Positions 7,410 through 7,909 of a DNA stretch of 7,909 nucleotides are shown here, one piece after another. The first letter of the stretch is position 1. Every line of letters begins with the position of its first letter. The stretch is taken from the IMG/VR virus record IMGVR_UViG_2778261498_000001, positions 1 through 7,909 of that record; one strand, given 5' to 3'. This DNA comes from a virus (Duplodnaviria > Heunggongvirae > Uroviricota > Caudoviricetes). A model generated the notes under the pieces. That model searched no databases, was not told the origin of the DNA, and saw only the letters and a list, made by a program, of their open reading frames with translations. Both the position numbers and the translations under genes were made by a program.

Positions 7410-7426
7410 TTTCGACTCTGTATCAT

Positions 7427-7488
7427 CGGTCTCGAAAACCGGAGTAGGGGCAACTCTACCGGGGGTTCAAATCCCCCTCTCTCCGCCA
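7427..7488 (+). tRNA. Partial tRNA-Ser(CGA) gene, 3' portion only (anticodon arm through CCA); presumptive att core / prophage-host junction
   Basis: CGGT-CTCGAAA-ACCGG (anticodon loop with CGA), long variable arm AGTAGGGGCAACTCTACC (class II tRNA), T-arm GGGGG-TTCAAAT-CCCCC, then acceptor 3' strand TCTCTCC-G-CCA. No complementary 5' acceptor strand (GGAGAGA) or D-arm exists upstream, so it is a fragment. It matches my recollection of the E. coli serU 3' half. Confidence 0.75.
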
Positions 7489-7770
7489 CTTTATCAATGA
7501 CTTATCTCCCGACTTCCCGCCTTGCTTTTCCTAAACAGAACAATCGTAGAATATTCTTGAAGGGTTAGATCGTCACTGTTTTCTGTTCGATACTGTGACA
7601 TTCAGCACTTGATTCGCTATGGATCTGACAGGAAGGTTTCGAGCGAAAATCTGCAATTATTCAGTCGTTTTCTTATCGGTCACCATTATTCTTTTAGACA
7701 TTGATCCTACAAAGCTGCCGCAAAGTTGGTGGTGGGAACTGAAGTTGCGTAGAGAAGGGGTCAATAATTG

Positions 7771-7809
7771 AGCAAAAAAAGGAACGCGGCCGTCAGATTA
7801 AAGCCGCGG
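7771..7809 (-). terminator. Possible intrinsic terminator on the minus strand in the flank
   Basis: On the minus strand: CGCGGC, a 12-nt loop, GCCGCG, then TTCCTTTTTTTGCTC. The stem is GC-rich with a strong T-run; the loop is long. Confidence 0.4.
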
Positions 7810-7909
7810 GACAAAGTCCATAATTTCCAAGAGTTGTTGAATTTCCCAGCTTTTTTGAAAGCCTTTGTATCATACTAACAAGTAAAAAAGGTTTAAATAC
7901 CAAAATTAA

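Larger units (their letters stand above)
1..7488 (+). mobile_element. Right end of a lambda-like prophage (tail tip / tail fibre module through attR); left boundary lies outside the window
   Basis: Gene order J - lom - stf-like on one strand matches the late-region end of phage lambda. It is followed by an AT-rich arm with IHF-consensus matches and a 62-bp partial tRNA 3' end typical of a tRNA-targeting integrase attachment site. Confidence 0.8.

Noticed and set aside
7427-7488. Complete tRNA gene
   Set aside because: Only the 3' part from the anticodon arm onward is present. No 5' acceptor strand or D-arm can be paired upstream, so it is a fragment (att core), not a functional tRNA.
7359-7568. 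69-aa + strand ORF spanning the att arm and tRNA fragment
   Set aside because: It reads straight through the partial tRNA and AT-rich arm, so it is almost certainly not coding.

Overview
This window reads as the right-hand (tail-fibre) end of a lambda-like prophage in an enterobacterial, E. coli-like genome, ending at an attR-type junction built on the 3' part of a tRNA-Ser(CGA) gene, followed by about 420 bp of AT-rich flank. All credible genes are on the + strand: J (5'-truncated by the window edge), a hairpin+T-run terminator, lom, a second terminator, a mosaic side tail fibre gene (stf-like), an 89-codon translationally coupled ORF, a 346-codon fibre-like protein with a C-terminal autoproteolytic chaperone motif, and a small three-helix membrane protein. 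The most interesting part is 4090-7078: the canonical lambda stf C-terminus and tfa are absent and a lower-G+C cassette sits in their place, with the membrane protein as a possible lysogen-expressed cargo gene. Protein family assignments come from motif recognition and recalled homology, not from searches; G+C differences are judged by eye.
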